64,000 nucleotides of DNA from positions 1 to 64,000 of the forward strand of contig DAHWNL010000030.1 of NCBI GenBank assembly GCA_027339965.1. Reading direction: 5' to 3'. Shown here in pieces: positions 10,533 through 20,810 of this stretch. The position numbers and the translations under genes were made by a program. Position 1 is the stretch's first letter. Each line of letters starts with the position of its first letter. The notes beneath the pieces are model-generated. The model searched no databases and was not told the origin of the DNA. It was given only the letters and a program-made list of their open reading frames with translations. The stretch is from Granulicella sp. GTDB lineage: Bacteria; Acidobacteriota; Terriglobia; Terriglobales; Acidobacteriaceae.

Positions 10533-11535
10533 GAATTTCGTCCTCAAAACGCATTAATCTCGAGACCCATCTCGCGAGGGCCGCTTCGGCTCAGGCCCCC
10601 CACAGGTGGCTCCCACATCACCTATCTTCACCTTCCACCCTCTTGGGAGTGCGCAGCAACAGATAGCTACAGAAATCTAATGATCGCTCTCCTGAAACGG
10701 GACTCGTCCATAAGTTCCATTTTGGTCCTTCGATATCTCTCACTCTTCCATGAGCAAGGAATCACCCACTCTTCCGGGCCATTCCTCCCCTCAAGGGAAC
10801 CGCCAGATCGTTTGGCCTACAGACCCCGAACTGCATCCTTCCCATCGCCAAGAGCCTTCTCGGCCGGGTGCGCGACGGGCGCAATCAGGGCGCACACTGA
10901 CCCCAGCCTCGGGTGTCACTCCGGCGTTAGACCATCGACGCACGAAGGCGGATTCTGGAGCATGTGGAGTCTTGCGGCGAAGAAGGTCAGCAGACTTGCC
11001 CCCATTTTGAGTCGGAGGGATCCGACTCAAAATCGTCCGAATGGAGGTAGGAGGCATGGTTTCGTCCCTCAGATAGTTCATCCGATTGGATCGAACCGAG
11101 ATCCCCGCCTCGCTCCGCAAGCTCATCGGCAAGAACTGTCATCCAAAACGCTTGCTCGCCGCGCCTGGCTGTCGGCCACCGGTCGAGTTGGAAGCATCAC
11201 TGCAAGCTAAGGATGCGGAGGCCGGACGGCGCAAGTTCTTCGTCCCAACCACCTTAACCGCTCCAAGACGGCGGCGTCAGCTCATGGAGAGGAAGATGCG
11301 AGGACTGGGAGGAATCGAGCCGACGGCAAGACGGATCGTCCAACCAATCGCGTACCTTGCTTCCGAGCCATAAATACCGGTCATCTCGTCCCTCCGCTTG
11401 CGCAACTTTCCTCCAACCTTCATGCAGAGAAGTCCTCTGGTCAATCAGTTTCTCCAGCAGGACCGATCAGAGATCTCCTCTCGGCAGATTGGGTCACCCA
11501 TTCAGACACAGCATGACCTCAGCCGGCAGGCGCTT

Positions 11536-11907
11536 TCATCGAAACTCACCGCTCTCGATTCGACACCGCGTCGACATCGAGAGCAGCACGCCACGCTGCC
11601 GAGATTCCGCCACAGCAGCGATAAAGTTGGAGACGACCTCCTGCAGCTCGGGCGTATCGCAGACAAACTCCAAACCACTGGACTCCGATCCGCTGTACAC
11701 AACTCGCGCCTCGAGATCCAGCGACCGGCCGGCATGACACACCACAATTCTCCCGCGAGAGTTTCGCTCCACGACGCGCGGAAACAGCGCCCTCATCCCG
11801 GTTGCGCTGATGTCCGAACACCTGCCCGAGAGCATGCCCTCCGCCTGAAAAAAGGCAACTGGAAGATCAACCATGAATCTCGGATAACGATGCGCGAATG
11901 ACATCAT
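11536..11907 (-). CDS. PilZ domain protein (c-di-GMP receptor-like)
   Basis: HRYPRF and DISATG (DxSxxG) motifs, ARVVY...GLEF. Confidence 0.75.
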   Translation of the reverse strand: MMSFAHRYPRFMVDLPVAFFQAEGMLSGRCSDISATGMRALFPRVVERNSRGRIVVCHAGRSLDLEARVVYSGSESSGLEFVCDTPELQEVVSNFIAAVAESRQRGVLLSMSTRCRIESGEFR

Positions 11908-12240
11908 AGGCTGCGGACCTCGCCAACAGCCCCATCATATCCTCGGGGTCCAAGCAATTCATCACATCTTGATCATCTTCTGTGACACGATGGTCGACAC
12001 TGTGCCACTCCCAGACAGTCTTTTGGTAATCAGTCTTGAATCAAACCAATCAAGCTGAGAGCGTGCTCCATGCAGCGCAGTTCATCTTGCCAGAGTTATG
12101 CTGGTGAGTATGCCGCTCAGGAGAGCAAGGACCAGATCCTGCGAGTCCAGAGATCCTGAAACTGTCCCTGCGACGCCGTTGCGGCCTGCAGAGTCAGGTT
12201 GCGGCTGAAGCGCCGATATCATCGCCAGGAGACAAGTCCC

Positions 12241-12819
12241 ATGCCCCGAGTCAGCCGTCTGAATCGTTCGGAGGTGTCGCCAGAGCTCCGCTGCATCTAT
12301 GACCGGTATCTGCAACAACGCGGCAATGTCCCTTATTTCTTTCGCACCATGGCTCATCGCCCGCAGATCTTCCAAACCATGATTGCGCATATGGAGGCGG
12401 TGCTCTCCACAGGTACTCTTCCCACTCGTCTCAAGGAGCTGGTGGTGGTCCGGACCTCGCAGCTCAACTGCACGGAGTATTGCCTGACTAGCCATACCGC
12501 CATCAGCCTACGGCTGGGCTGGACTCCCGAACATCTCGCTGCCCTGCCTGACTGGAAGACCAGTGCCCTCTTCACAGAAGCTGAGAAAACGGCCATTCAC
12601 CTGGCCGAGGCAATGACGCTGCACTCCCATCAGTTCAGCGATGAGGAGATGACCCGGCTGCGCAGCTTCTACTCCGAGGGCGAGGTCGTGGAGCTCATGG
12701 CCGCCATCGGCTTGTTCAACTACTTCAACCGCTTCAACAATCTGCTCCGCATGGAACCCACGCAGCCGGCAAGCGCTGAGGAGATGGCCCAAGCGGGCTT
12801 CGATGCCGTCCCCGCCTGA
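12241..12819 (+). CDS. Carboxymuconolactone decarboxylase/AhpD-like protein
   Basis: LKELVVVRTSQLNCTEYCLTSH and IGLFNYFNRFN; AGGAGA RBS. Confidence 0.88.
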   Translation: MPRVSRLNRSEVSPELRCIYDRYLQQRGNVPYFFRTMAHRPQIFQTMIAHMEAVLSTGTLPTRLKELVVVRTSQLNCTEYCLTSHTAISLRLGWTPEHLAALPDWKTSALFTEAEKTAIHLAEAMTLHSHQFSDEEMTRLRSFYSEGEVVELMAAIGLFNYFNRFNNLLRMEPTQPASAEEMAQAGFDAVPA

Positions 12820-12942
12820 GCGCATTGCCTCAACACCATTGTCAAGGCACGCAGTCCTCCGCGGCCAATCCTGGACTGGCGGATGAACCGACGCCGCGGA
12901 ACTCGCAACTTGCCTGCCGCGCTCGGTCCTTCGCGCAAGAAC

Positions 12943-13713
12943 CTACCGATAGAGCAGAACAGCGATGCTGTAGATGGAGAAGCCGTAAGAGGGTCCCGCC
13001 GGGCAGGCCCCCACCTCAGCCTGACCATACCTTCCCGAGACCAGCCGCTGGCGCAGTGGGCTGGGCAGGCGGTCCAGCTTCACCGCCGTAAAGCGCATGA
13101 CGAACATCGGTCGGCGTGGTCCTGCGTATCCGCTCTCCATCCGGCAGGTCTGCCGCGCCTCCTTGGTGCCTGTCCGCACCTGGATGGACACGATCGACTG
13201 CAACAGGCGCCCCACCTGTTCCTCCTGCTGGACCAGGGAAAGGTCGCTCACGGTACGATCAAAATCCTCTACAGCGAATAGTTCCCCACCTTCGCCCTGC
13301 ACCACTCGGATGGCCACGGAATCCACAGCCGGATCCAGCATGTTTCTCAAATGCTCGGGGGAGTGCAGCCACGCCTGCTGAATCAATACCGCAGTGGGAG
13401 CTTCGGCGACATTCTCGGCGATCTCGCTGAAGCGAAGCCCCGCCGCCGCGCCGCGCGCTTTCAGATTCAGTTCACCAGGGAACTGGTGCGAGATAGCCCC
13501 TCGCTCGGCCATCCGCCAAGCGTGTTGGCTGGCTGCCTGATAAAGCCCCGGGCTCCAACGCAACGGCCGCAGGCCATATCGTGCTCGCTCCGAATTCGCT
13601 GCCGAAAAGAGGTATTGTTCTGCCACCGAGAGGTTTTGCTGGATGGACCGCGGCGTGCCTGACGCTACAGGACAGCAGAGACAAAGGGCGATGGCGACAG
13701 CTCGAACTCTCAT
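12943..13713 (-). CDS. Secreted CAP (SCP) domain protein
   Basis: Signal peptide; NSERARYGL, ISHQFPGE, AENVA, WLHSPEHLRNML. Confidence 0.85.
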   Translation of the reverse strand: MRVRAVAIALCLCCPVASGTPRSIQQNLSVAEQYLFSAANSERARYGLRPLRWSPGLYQAASQHAWRMAERGAISHQFPGELNLKARGAAAGLRFSEIAENVAEAPTAVLIQQAWLHSPEHLRNMLDPAVDSVAIRVVQGEGGELFAVEDFDRTVSDLSLVQQEEQVGRLLQSIVSIQVRTGTKEARQTCRMESGYAGPRRPMFVMRFTAVKLDRLPSPLRQRLVSGRYGQAEVGACPAGPSYGFSIYSIAVLLYR

Positions 13714-13845
13714 AACGACAAGGATCCGTCAGGGTTGAAAAGGTTACTCCACCAAAGAAATTTATACCTCCAGCCAGGGAACAAGACCCTATGGAGGCTG
13801 ATCCAGCGCGGGCCTGGAGGTCAGCACCGCAGCCTGAAGGAGAGC

Positions 13846-14619
13846 TTAAGCCAGAGAAATCGGCAGGCGCTCCCGGTAACGAATCAAAAGATAAAGAAGC
13901 TTGCGAGCGCCCCAATACCTTGGCACGTAGCGGGTGGGATGAGAGATCGATCGAAACAACCAGCCTAGATAACTTCGATCTGCCCAGTGAGGGATTCGGA
14001 CCTGATCTCCGCTCAAGAAGGCGATTGCTGCCCCAATACAATGAATTGCGGGCAGATAGCTCAAGTTTTTCTTTAGATAAAGTCCTGTCCGCTCCTGTGT
14101 TCCACCGCCCAGTGTCAGAATCACATGGCGAGGACGCAGCCTCTCGATACGTTGAAGAAGCTCCACATCCTCCATCGCTTCGCCGGAATAGATCGGAGCC
14201 ACGTAGACGTATTGCTCCGGAACATGAATGCCCTGGCGGCGCAGCCACGCCAGGTTTCGCTTGGCACTTTGCTGCCCCGCCATGATCCAAAACGTCCCAC
14301 CCGAAAGACGCAGCTCGGGTTGCTTGAGCAACTCGCGCAGATACTCCAGTCCGGATAACCGGCGGATGGAATCACGCTGCAGCCAGTTCCATATCATCAC
14401 CATGTAAGCAGAATCGGCCAACGCCAGGTCAGAGCGCAGCAGCGCCTCTCGGTATTGGGGTTTGGTCTCCAGGTCCTTGAGGGCTGGAGCAGCCGGAACC
14501 ACCAAGAGTCCGCCCCCGCGCATCCTTTCCACCGCCTCGGGCGCCGTCCCTACAAAGAACCGGATGCCGAGGATCGTCCGCTCCTCGGGCATCTTCGGCT
14601 GGATGGTTCCTGACGTCAT
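13846..14619 (-). CDS. WecB/TagA/CpsF-family glycosyltransferase (GT26)
   Basis: LALADS, RLSGLEY, LGGGTQE, CIGAAI, LGWLFR...P.RY..RY. Confidence 0.85.
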   Translation of the reverse strand: MTSGTIQPKMPEERTILGIRFFVGTAPEAVERMRGGGLLVVPAAPALKDLETKPQYREALLRSDLALADSAYMVMIWNWLQRDSIRRLSGLEYLRELLKQPELRLSGGTFWIMAGQQSAKRNLAWLRRQGIHVPEQYVYVAPIYSGEAMEDVELLQRIERLRPRHVILTLGGGTQERTGLYLKKNLSYLPAIHCIGAAIAFLSGDQVRIPHWADRSYLGWLFRSISHPTRYVPRYWGARKLLYLLIRYRERLPISLA

Positions 14620-14654
14620 CTGATTTCTCTGCAATCCTCTGCCCGAGCCGGCGA

Positions 14655-15647
14655 TCACCTCCCGCTGGCTCCTCGGGCGATCTCCCGTTCGATCCAATGG
14701 AAGGTACGCTGCATACCATCGCGTAGCCGGATGGATGGTTCCCAGCCGAGCTTTTGCCGAATCATCGTGTTGTCGCTGTTCCGTCCGTTCACTCCCTTGG
14801 GCGCCTTCAGATCATAAGTCCGCTTCAACTTGATGCCTGCGATCTCCTCGACGATGTCCACCAGTTGATTGATGGTCACCAGCTCGCTAGAACCCAAGTT
14901 GATTGGCTCGCGGATATCGCTGTTCATGATCATCTCGGTGCCCTTCAAGCAATCGTCGATGTACATGAAACTGCGCGTCTGCCGGCCATCGCCCCAGATG
15001 TTGATCTCATGAATCCCCGAGTTCCTGGCCTCAATCACCTTCCTGCAGATAGCTGCGGGAGCCTTCTCCCGGCCACCAGCCCAGGTTCCATACGGTCCGT
15101 AGACGTTGTGATACCGAGCCACCCGGCAGACCAATCCGAAGTCCTCTTCAAAGTGCCGGCACATGCGCTCAGAGAAGAGCTTCTCCCAGCCGTACCCATC
15201 CTCCGGCAACGCCGGGTAGGCGTCTGACTCCTTCAGCCCGACTGCGTCCTCCCGGGTCTGTTTTTCTCCGTTGTAGACGCAGGCCGAAGAGGAGTAAAAG
15301 AACCGCTTGACATCCTTGGCTTGCGCGGCCATCAGCATATGAGTGGTCGTCAGCACGCTCAGCATGCAAAGGGCTTTGTTGTTCTCGATAAAGCCCATGC
15401 CGCCCATGTCGGCAGCCAGTTGGAAGACCAGATCCACTCCGTCAGCGGCGCGTAGACAGTTCTGTTTGTCCTTGAGATCCAGGCAGAGGTTCTCTACCCC
15501 ATCGCTGATCTGATACCAGTCGGCGAGCGGCTTCACATCTACAGCTCGAACCACCTGGATTCCACTGGCCGTCAAGCTCTTGACGAGATGCCCACCTATA
15601 AATCCACCCGCGCCGCACACCAAAGCGGTCTGCGCTCTCTCACTCAT
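14655..15647 (-). CDS. NAD-dependent epimerase, GDP-mannose 3',5'-epimerase-like
   Basis: GAGGFIG, LAADMGGMGFI, YSSSACVY, YGWEK, GGREKAPAAICRK. Confidence 0.88.
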   Translation of the reverse strand: MSERAQTALVCGAGGFIGGHLVKSLTASGIQVVRAVDVKPLADWYQISDGVENLCLDLKDKQNCLRAADGVDLVFQLAADMGGMGFIENNKALCMLSVLTTTHMLMAAQAKDVKRFFYSSSACVYNGEKQTREDAVGLKESDAYPALPEDGYGWEKLFSERMCRHFEEDFGLVCRVARYHNVYGPYGTWAGGREKAPAAICRKVIEARNSGIHEINIWGDGRQTRSFMYIDDCLKGTEMIMNSDIREPINLGSSELVTINQLVDIVEEIAGIKLKRTYDLKAPKGVNGRNSDNTMIRQKLGWEPSIRLRDGMQRTFHWIEREIARGASGR

Positions 15648-15930
15648 CCAACGAACTCCAATCCGAGATGAATCCCAACCCTGCCGGTTCAACCTGGATT
15701 GCCGCCGCCCTCGCGAGCACTCCATTCCGGCCTGCTGCATATCCCAAATCAGGGGTGGGAGGATCTCTTCGTCAAGTGTATGTGCCGGCAGGGTGATGTC
15801 AAGAATCAGCCCAGGCTCAATCCGGAATCCTGGCCAAGTCTCAAACGCCCTGGTCCGCCGTCTGCGCGGCATCCATCTCAACTGCCTTTGCTTGGCGCTG
15901 CTAGTGTGGCGCTATCATCGGACTAGAGCT

Positions 15931-16842
15931 ATGGCAAGCCCCTTCGCCCAACTGGATCTACGCTTCCCATCTCTCTTCTTCGCCTGTCGCGCGGCGATCC
16001 GGCGGCTGGTGGAACTCGCTCGGCGTCAACCGCTGGCCTTTACCGGCTGTCTGATTCTCTTGCTCTTCCTGTTCTGTGCCCTGTTTGCACCGTGGCTGGC
16101 CCCGGATGACCCTACCCGTCTGAATCTTGCCGCACGTCTTCTGCCTCCTTCGCCGGCGCACTGGTTCGGCACCGATGAACTGGGCCGGGATGTGTTTTCC
16201 CGCATTCTTTACGGAGCCCGAATCTCCTTGCTGGTCGCGGTAGCCGTTGTAGGCATCTCCCTGGCGTTGGGCTCGGCGCTGGGCATGCTGGCGGGCTTTT
16301 ATGGTGGTTTTATGGACACGCTGGTGAATATCTACCTTACCAACGCATTTCTGGCCCTCCCCGGCATCCTGCTGGCCATCGCCATGGTGGCCTTTCTGGG
16401 CTCCTCCCTGGTGAATCTGATCCTGGCGCTGGCGCTGGCAAGCTGGGTGAACTACGCGCGCCTGGTGCGCGCCCAGGTCCTCAGCGTAAAGCAGCGCGAG
16501 TATGTGCAGGCGGCGCGTTCCATGGGGGCCGGCGACCTCCATTTGATGCTATGGCATATCCTCCCGAACATCCTTCAGCCAGTTCTGGTACAAGCCGCTG
16601 TAGGCATGGCTGCCGCTGTGCTATCGGAGGCTACACTCAGCTTCCTGGGGCTGGGAGTTCAGCCGCCTGCCCCCACCTGGGGAGCGATGCTCAATGACGC
16701 TCGCTCACACATCTTCGAGTCCCCCTATCTGATGTTCTTTCCGGCCATCGCCCTGGCTCTTTGCGTCTTCTCCTTCAATCTGATCGGAGACGGCCTACGT
16801 GACTCACTGGACCCACGCAGCCGGCTTGGTGAGGGTGCTTAA
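15931..16842 (+). CDS. Dipeptide/oligopeptide ABC transporter permease (DppC/OppC type)
   Basis: HWFGTDELGRDVFSR, EAA loop EYVQAARSMGA, HILPN, FNLIGDGLRD. Confidence 0.92.
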   Translation: MASPFAQLDLRFPSLFFACRAAIRRLVELARRQPLAFTGCLILLLFLFCALFAPWLAPDDPTRLNLAARLLPPSPAHWFGTDELGRDVFSRILYGARISLLVAVAVVGISLALGSALGMLAGFYGGFMDTLVNIYLTNAFLALPGILLAIAMVAFLGSSLVNLILALALASWVNYARLVRAQVLSVKQREYVQAARSMGAGDLHLMLWHILPNILQPVLVQAAVGMAAAVLSEATLSFLGLGVQPPAPTWGAMLNDARSHIFESPYLMFFPAIALALCVFSFNLIGDGLRDSLDPRSRLGEGA

Positions 16843-16875
16843 GAGAGCGGGGTACATGGCGGCCGGAGATCCTCG

Positions 16876-17370
16876 ATGCGAAACCCTACATTGATTGGCG
16901 TCGTCTCTGACACGCACGGCCTGCTCCGGCCGGAGCTTCTCCCTGCCCTGGCCGGTGTCTCTCATATCCTCCACGCCGGCGACGTCGGCGACCCCGAGAT
17001 CCTGACCGAACTCGCCCGCATTGCGCCGGTGACCGCCATTTGCGGCAACATCGACGGCGATACGCGCGCCTGGGGAAGATGGTCCGGTCTCGCCGCCACC
17101 GAGATGATTGAGCTGGCAGGCTGCCTGATCTACATGGTCCATTCGCTCCAGGACCTGGATTTGCATCCAAAGGCCGCCGGAATCGGGGTGGTCATCAGCG
17201 GCCACTCACACCAGGCCTCTGTCGAACGCCGCCAGGGGGTCCTCTATCTGAATCCCGGCAGCGCAGGCCCGCGCCGGTTCCACCTGGGCATCACCTGCGC
17301 CCGGCTGCGCATCCAGAGAGCCCAGCCCGAGGCCGAGATACTGACGCTGATCCAGAAAGAGAGGTCTTAA
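16876..17370 (+). CDS. YfcE-like metallophosphoesterase
   Basis: SDTHG, HAGD, GNID, SGHSH, NPGS motifs. Confidence 0.9.
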   Translation: MRNPTLIGVVSDTHGLLRPELLPALAGVSHILHAGDVGDPEILTELARIAPVTAICGNIDGDTRAWGRWSGLAATEMIELAGCLIYMVHSLQDLDLHPKAAGIGVVISGHSHQASVERRQGVLYLNPGSAGPRRFHLGITCARLRIQRAQPEAEILTLIQKERS

Positions 17371-18347
17371 AAAGCCTGTTGGAGCATCTGGCGGGCTCCG
17401 GCTGCGATGAGCGCCTCAGCGGCCGCTTCGCCGAGCTCTACCGCGGAGACTCCCAGCGGCGCCTCTTTGACCACATGGGCCATCTCTTCTCCATCCCGCG
17501 CCACCACCATGGAGTGGAGGCGCCACACCTCCTCCAGCCGATGGCAGTAAGCTCCCAGGGGAAGCTGACAGCCTCCGCCCAGCGCGTTAAGCACTACTCG
17601 CTCCGCCGCGGTGGCAAACTCCGCATCCGGATCGTTGAGCGCCCTCACGGCAGCATGGATGAAGCGATCGCGGTTTGGATCCTCGCTATCCAGCGGGTGC
17701 GCCGAACTGCGCGTCTCCAATCCCAGAGCTCCCTGCCCGGGAGCGGGCGTCAGTTCATCCACGGGGAATCTATAATGTACGTGCTCGGTGCGTCCCAGCC
17801 GGTCCAGCCCGGCCGAGGCCAGCACCAGCGCATCCGCCTGACCCTCCGACCACTTGCGCAGCCGGGTGTCAATGTTGCCGCGCATCTCCACAAAGCGCAG
17901 GTCCGGCCGCAACGCAAGCAACATGGCCTGCCGCCGCGGGCTGGTGGTGGCGATGCTGGCCTCGGAGGGTAGCATGTGGAGCCCCCAGTACTTTTCACAG
18001 ACCAACGCATCGCGCGCGTCCACTCGCTGCGGAATAGCAGCCAGCGTGAATCGATCCTGCAGCGTTGTGGGCAGATCCTTAAGGGAGTGTACGGCCAGAT
18101 CAATCCGACCGGCCAGCAGAGCATCTTCAATCTCCTTTATAAAGATGCCCTTGGCATCCCAGGGCGTACCGTCTTCGTAGGCTTCCGCAGCAACAAATCC
18201 GGGCTCCTGCATGCGGTCACCCACGGTGCGAATCACATCGATCTCTACGTTGTGCCCAAGGTTGCGGAGCAGCCCGGCGACATGGTTGGCCTGCCACAGG
18301 GCGAGCGGCGAGCCGCGCGAGCCGATACGTACGGTGTAAGTGTTCAC
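17367..18347 (-). CDS. hemC: Hydroxymethylbilane synthase (porphobilinogen deaminase)
   Basis: GSRGSPLALWQ, AVHSLKD, TTSPRR, RGNIDTRL, PAPGQGA, LGGGCQLP; GTG start inferred. Confidence 0.95.
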   Translation of the reverse strand: MNTYTVRIGSRGSPLALWQANHVAGLLRNLGHNVEIDVIRTVGDRMQEPGFVAAEAYEDGTPWDAKGIFIKEIEDALLAGRIDLAVHSLKDLPTTLQDRFTLAAIPQRVDARDALVCEKYWGLHMLPSEASIATTSPRRQAMLLALRPDLRFVEMRGNIDTRLRKWSEGQADALVLASAGLDRLGRTEHVHYRFPVDELTPAPGQGALGLETRSSAHPLDSEDPNRDRFIHAAVRALNDPDAEFATAAERVVLNALGGGCQLPLGAYCHRLEEVWRLHSMVVARDGEEMAHVVKEAPLGVSAVELGEAAAEALIAAGARQMLQQAF

Positions 18348-18450
18348 AGTCTGTAGAATACGCGCATCCAGCCTCTGCCAGTCTCCGGCGCTCCCCGGCT
18401 CACCTGGCCTTTGCCGGCGCGGTGAGCTGCTTTTCCAGGCGTCACGGCGC

Positions 18451-18491
18451 TCTTGGCGACATCTTGGCGACATCTGGGCGACATCTGGCGA
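18451..18491. repeat. 11-bp tandem repeat TCTKGGCGACA, ~3.7 copies
   Basis: Read directly in the hemC/SCO divergent spacer. Confidence 0.8.
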
Positions 18492-18590
18492 AACGGGACG
18501 AACGAAGCCGAAACCACCGCGGAGACGGCCGCCCGGACAAGCCCTGCTCCCGGAAGGTACCATAAGATCGTCACACCAGAGGGGAGCGCG

Positions 18591-19502
18591 GTGAAGATGA
18601 AAATTGGCAGCACACGGAGATGGGCGCAGGGGGTTGCTTTCATGGCTCTGGCATCTCTTGCCGCTCCGCGGCTACTGCGCGCGCAGGGCTATGCCGCGGA
18701 CAAACCGCTGGGCGCCTCAGCCCAACAGACGCCAGCTTATCTGGCCCATGCCGGCATCTCACAACGCCTGGGACAACCGCTCCCTCTGTCGGCGGTGTTC
18801 ACCGACGAGACCGGGCGGACGGGACCATTGCGTAACTGGTTCAAGAATCAGCCGGTCGTGATGGCGGAGGTCTACTATAGCTGCGCGATGCTCTGTCCAC
18901 AGGTACAGCATGGCTTGGCCACAGGATTGGCGAGCACCACGCTGACTCCAGGCAAGGACTACCAGGTGCTGCTCTTCAGCATTGATCCCATGGACAAGCC
19001 TGCGGCCGCAGTGGAACAAAAGAAGACCTTCCTCCGCGAGGCCGGCTGGAGCAACAACCCCGGCGCGGCCGATGCCGTGCACTTTCTTACCAGTGATCAG
19101 GCCGGCATTGACGCCATTACGGAAGCCACCGGCTTCCACTACGTACGCGTTCCCGGCCCGGACGGCAAGATGGATCAGTTTGCTCACTCCAGTGTGATCA
19201 TGTTTGCCACGCCACAGGGTGTTCTGTCCAAATACCTGGCAGGAATCGACTACCCCCCGCGGGATCTCCGCCTGGCGCTGCTGGAGGCCGAGGACAAAAG
19301 GATAAGCAATCCGGTAGACCTACTCATCCTGTACTGTTGCAGCTATAGCCCCGCCGCAGGCCGTTACTCGGTGTCTGTCCTGCGCATTCTGGGGTTGGCC
19401 GGACTGCTTACGCTGTTCATCGTGGCCGCTATGATCTTTTTGCTCACGCGTAGGCCCAAGGCGATCATCGAAGCTGAGGCGCGCAAGGCGCGGCAGGTGT
19501 AG
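18591..19502 (+). CDS. SCO/SenC-family copper chaperone with C-terminal TM helix
   Basis: Signal peptide, CAMLC (CxxxC), FAHSS His ligand, C-terminal hydrophobic segment; start at GTG 18591 or ATG 18597. Confidence 0.85.
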   Translation: MKMKIGSTRRWAQGVAFMALASLAAPRLLRAQGYAADKPLGASAQQTPAYLAHAGISQRLGQPLPLSAVFTDETGRTGPLRNWFKNQPVVMAEVYYSCAMLCPQVQHGLATGLASTTLTPGKDYQVLLFSIDPMDKPAAAVEQKKTFLREAGWSNNPGAADAVHFLTSDQAGIDAITEATGFHYVRVPGPDGKMDQFAHSSVIMFATPQGVLSKYLAGIDYPPRDLRLALLEAEDKRISNPVDLLILYCCSYSPAAGRYSVSVLRILGLAGLLTLFIVAAMIFLLTRRPKAIIEAEARKARQV

Positions 19503-19644
19503 CTCAGCAAGGGCCCGGTTGTGAGAACCTCTCGTCCTGCGAAGCGCACCCGAAGAGGAGCCCATTGTCAGGTACCGTCCGTGGCCTCCGCCGCCCACCC
19601 GCCTGCCTAGCAACGTCCAGAAAAGGAGGTTGACGATCTCGCCG

Positions 19645-19763
19645 CTAGAGCGTTTTCAGTGCCGGTGTAACGCGACGCCTCGACCGCCATGGGCGTTTTC
19701 CCCAATGAAAACGCCACTGCACGCCCCCTCCGGCGTACCCATCAACACTGAAAATGCTATAAG
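19645..19763 (+). mobile_element. MITE-like ~118-bp element, copy 1
   Basis: TIRs CTAGAGCGTTTTCAGTG...CACTGAAAATGCTATAAG; near-identical to 20811-20927 and 37931-38048. Confidence 0.85.
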
Positions 19764-20098
19764 ACCGCAGAGCTACCGGGAGCTTATGAGAAAGCCTTAA
19801 CCGCAGACGACAAACAACGCGATTAGATCAGAGAGTTGAAACTCCGACGCGCCGGCCACTAAAACCAATCACGCCTCGCGCAAGCCGTTTGGACGCATCA
19901 CGAAGGCTGAATTTCGCCCGCATGGCTTCAGCGAGGAAACATGCGCCCGAGGGCGACCTCCGCCCACCTCTCGAGCAGTACCTACGCTCAGGTAAAGAGT
20001 CTATTGCCAAGTCAATCCCCATCGGACCGAACCAGGACCGCCGTTGAGCACTTCCCAGCAAAACGCAGAGCAAAGCTTCTTTCATGACCCCGCCAGGC

Positions 20099-20689
20099 CT
20101 ACTTTGAGCCAGGAGGCACAATGCCGTTCATGCGCAAGTACTCGACCAGTTGCCCATAGTGGTCGAATCCATGAGCAGAGATGAAAGATGCGAGGACCGA
20201 CCGAGTGTGCAGTCCGTCAGCTCCGTCAATCGCAGTGTAAGCATTGGCGGGGGTAATCGACGCGATCGCCCTGTGAGCGTAGACAAAAGAATCCGTAGCC
20301 GCCTTCAGGAGCTGATCCTTCGTCGTCAGACTCTCCACCTCTTTCGCCTCCGCCGGCACCCTCTCACCCAGGATCTTCGAAGCAAAGTAGAAGTTCGCCT
20401 CCGCTACATGCGCTATCTGCTGCGCGAAGGTACGGACCCCGTCATACTTCGCCCCCTGCCCGGCTGCAAACGTTCCCGCCCCAGGCGCAAAGCTGTATTT
20501 GTCCGCAGGCATCGCCCGCGCAACTCCCATAAACTCACGCTGAAAGAGGTTCAGCAGCTCATTCTGCGCCTGCACCGGCGGCATCTGGGCGCCGACGGCT
20601 ACTTTCGGGCTTCTGGAACCCATTTGGGCAGAGCTCACCAATGCGCAGCTACCCAGAATCAAAACGGTGCAGACAAGCCGGAGACGCAT
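20099..20689 (-). CDS. Secreted DinB-family protein
   Basis: Signal peptide; MPADKYSF, RTFAQQIAHVA, HGFDHYGQLVEYLRMNGIVPP. Confidence 0.88.
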   Translation of the reverse strand: MRLRLVCTVLILGSCALVSSAQMGSRSPKVAVGAQMPPVQAQNELLNLFQREFMGVARAMPADKYSFAPGAGTFAAGQGAKYDGVRTFAQQIAHVAEANFYFASKILGERVPAEAKEVESLTTKDQLLKAATDSFVYAHRAIASITPANAYTAIDGADGLHTRSVLASFISAHGFDHYGQLVEYLRMNGIVPPGSK

Positions 20690-20810
20690 ACGATCACCTC
20701 AACAGCAAATTTGATAGGGAGTGTAGCACAAGAAGCAGCGTTCTGTTCTTATCTGCTCGAATGGGTGTTTCCACGCGCCCATCGCAGACCTGGTCTTGCA
20801 ACCCCTAGCC

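Noticed and set aside
11990..12008. TGGCAC on the minus strand upstream of the PilZ gene as a sigma54 promoter
   Set aside because: No GC at the -12 position
12194..12219. Possible sigma28 promoter (TCAGG...GCCGATAT) before the CMD/AhpD gene
   Set aside because: Spacing is one base short and the -35 is weak; not supportable from sequence alone
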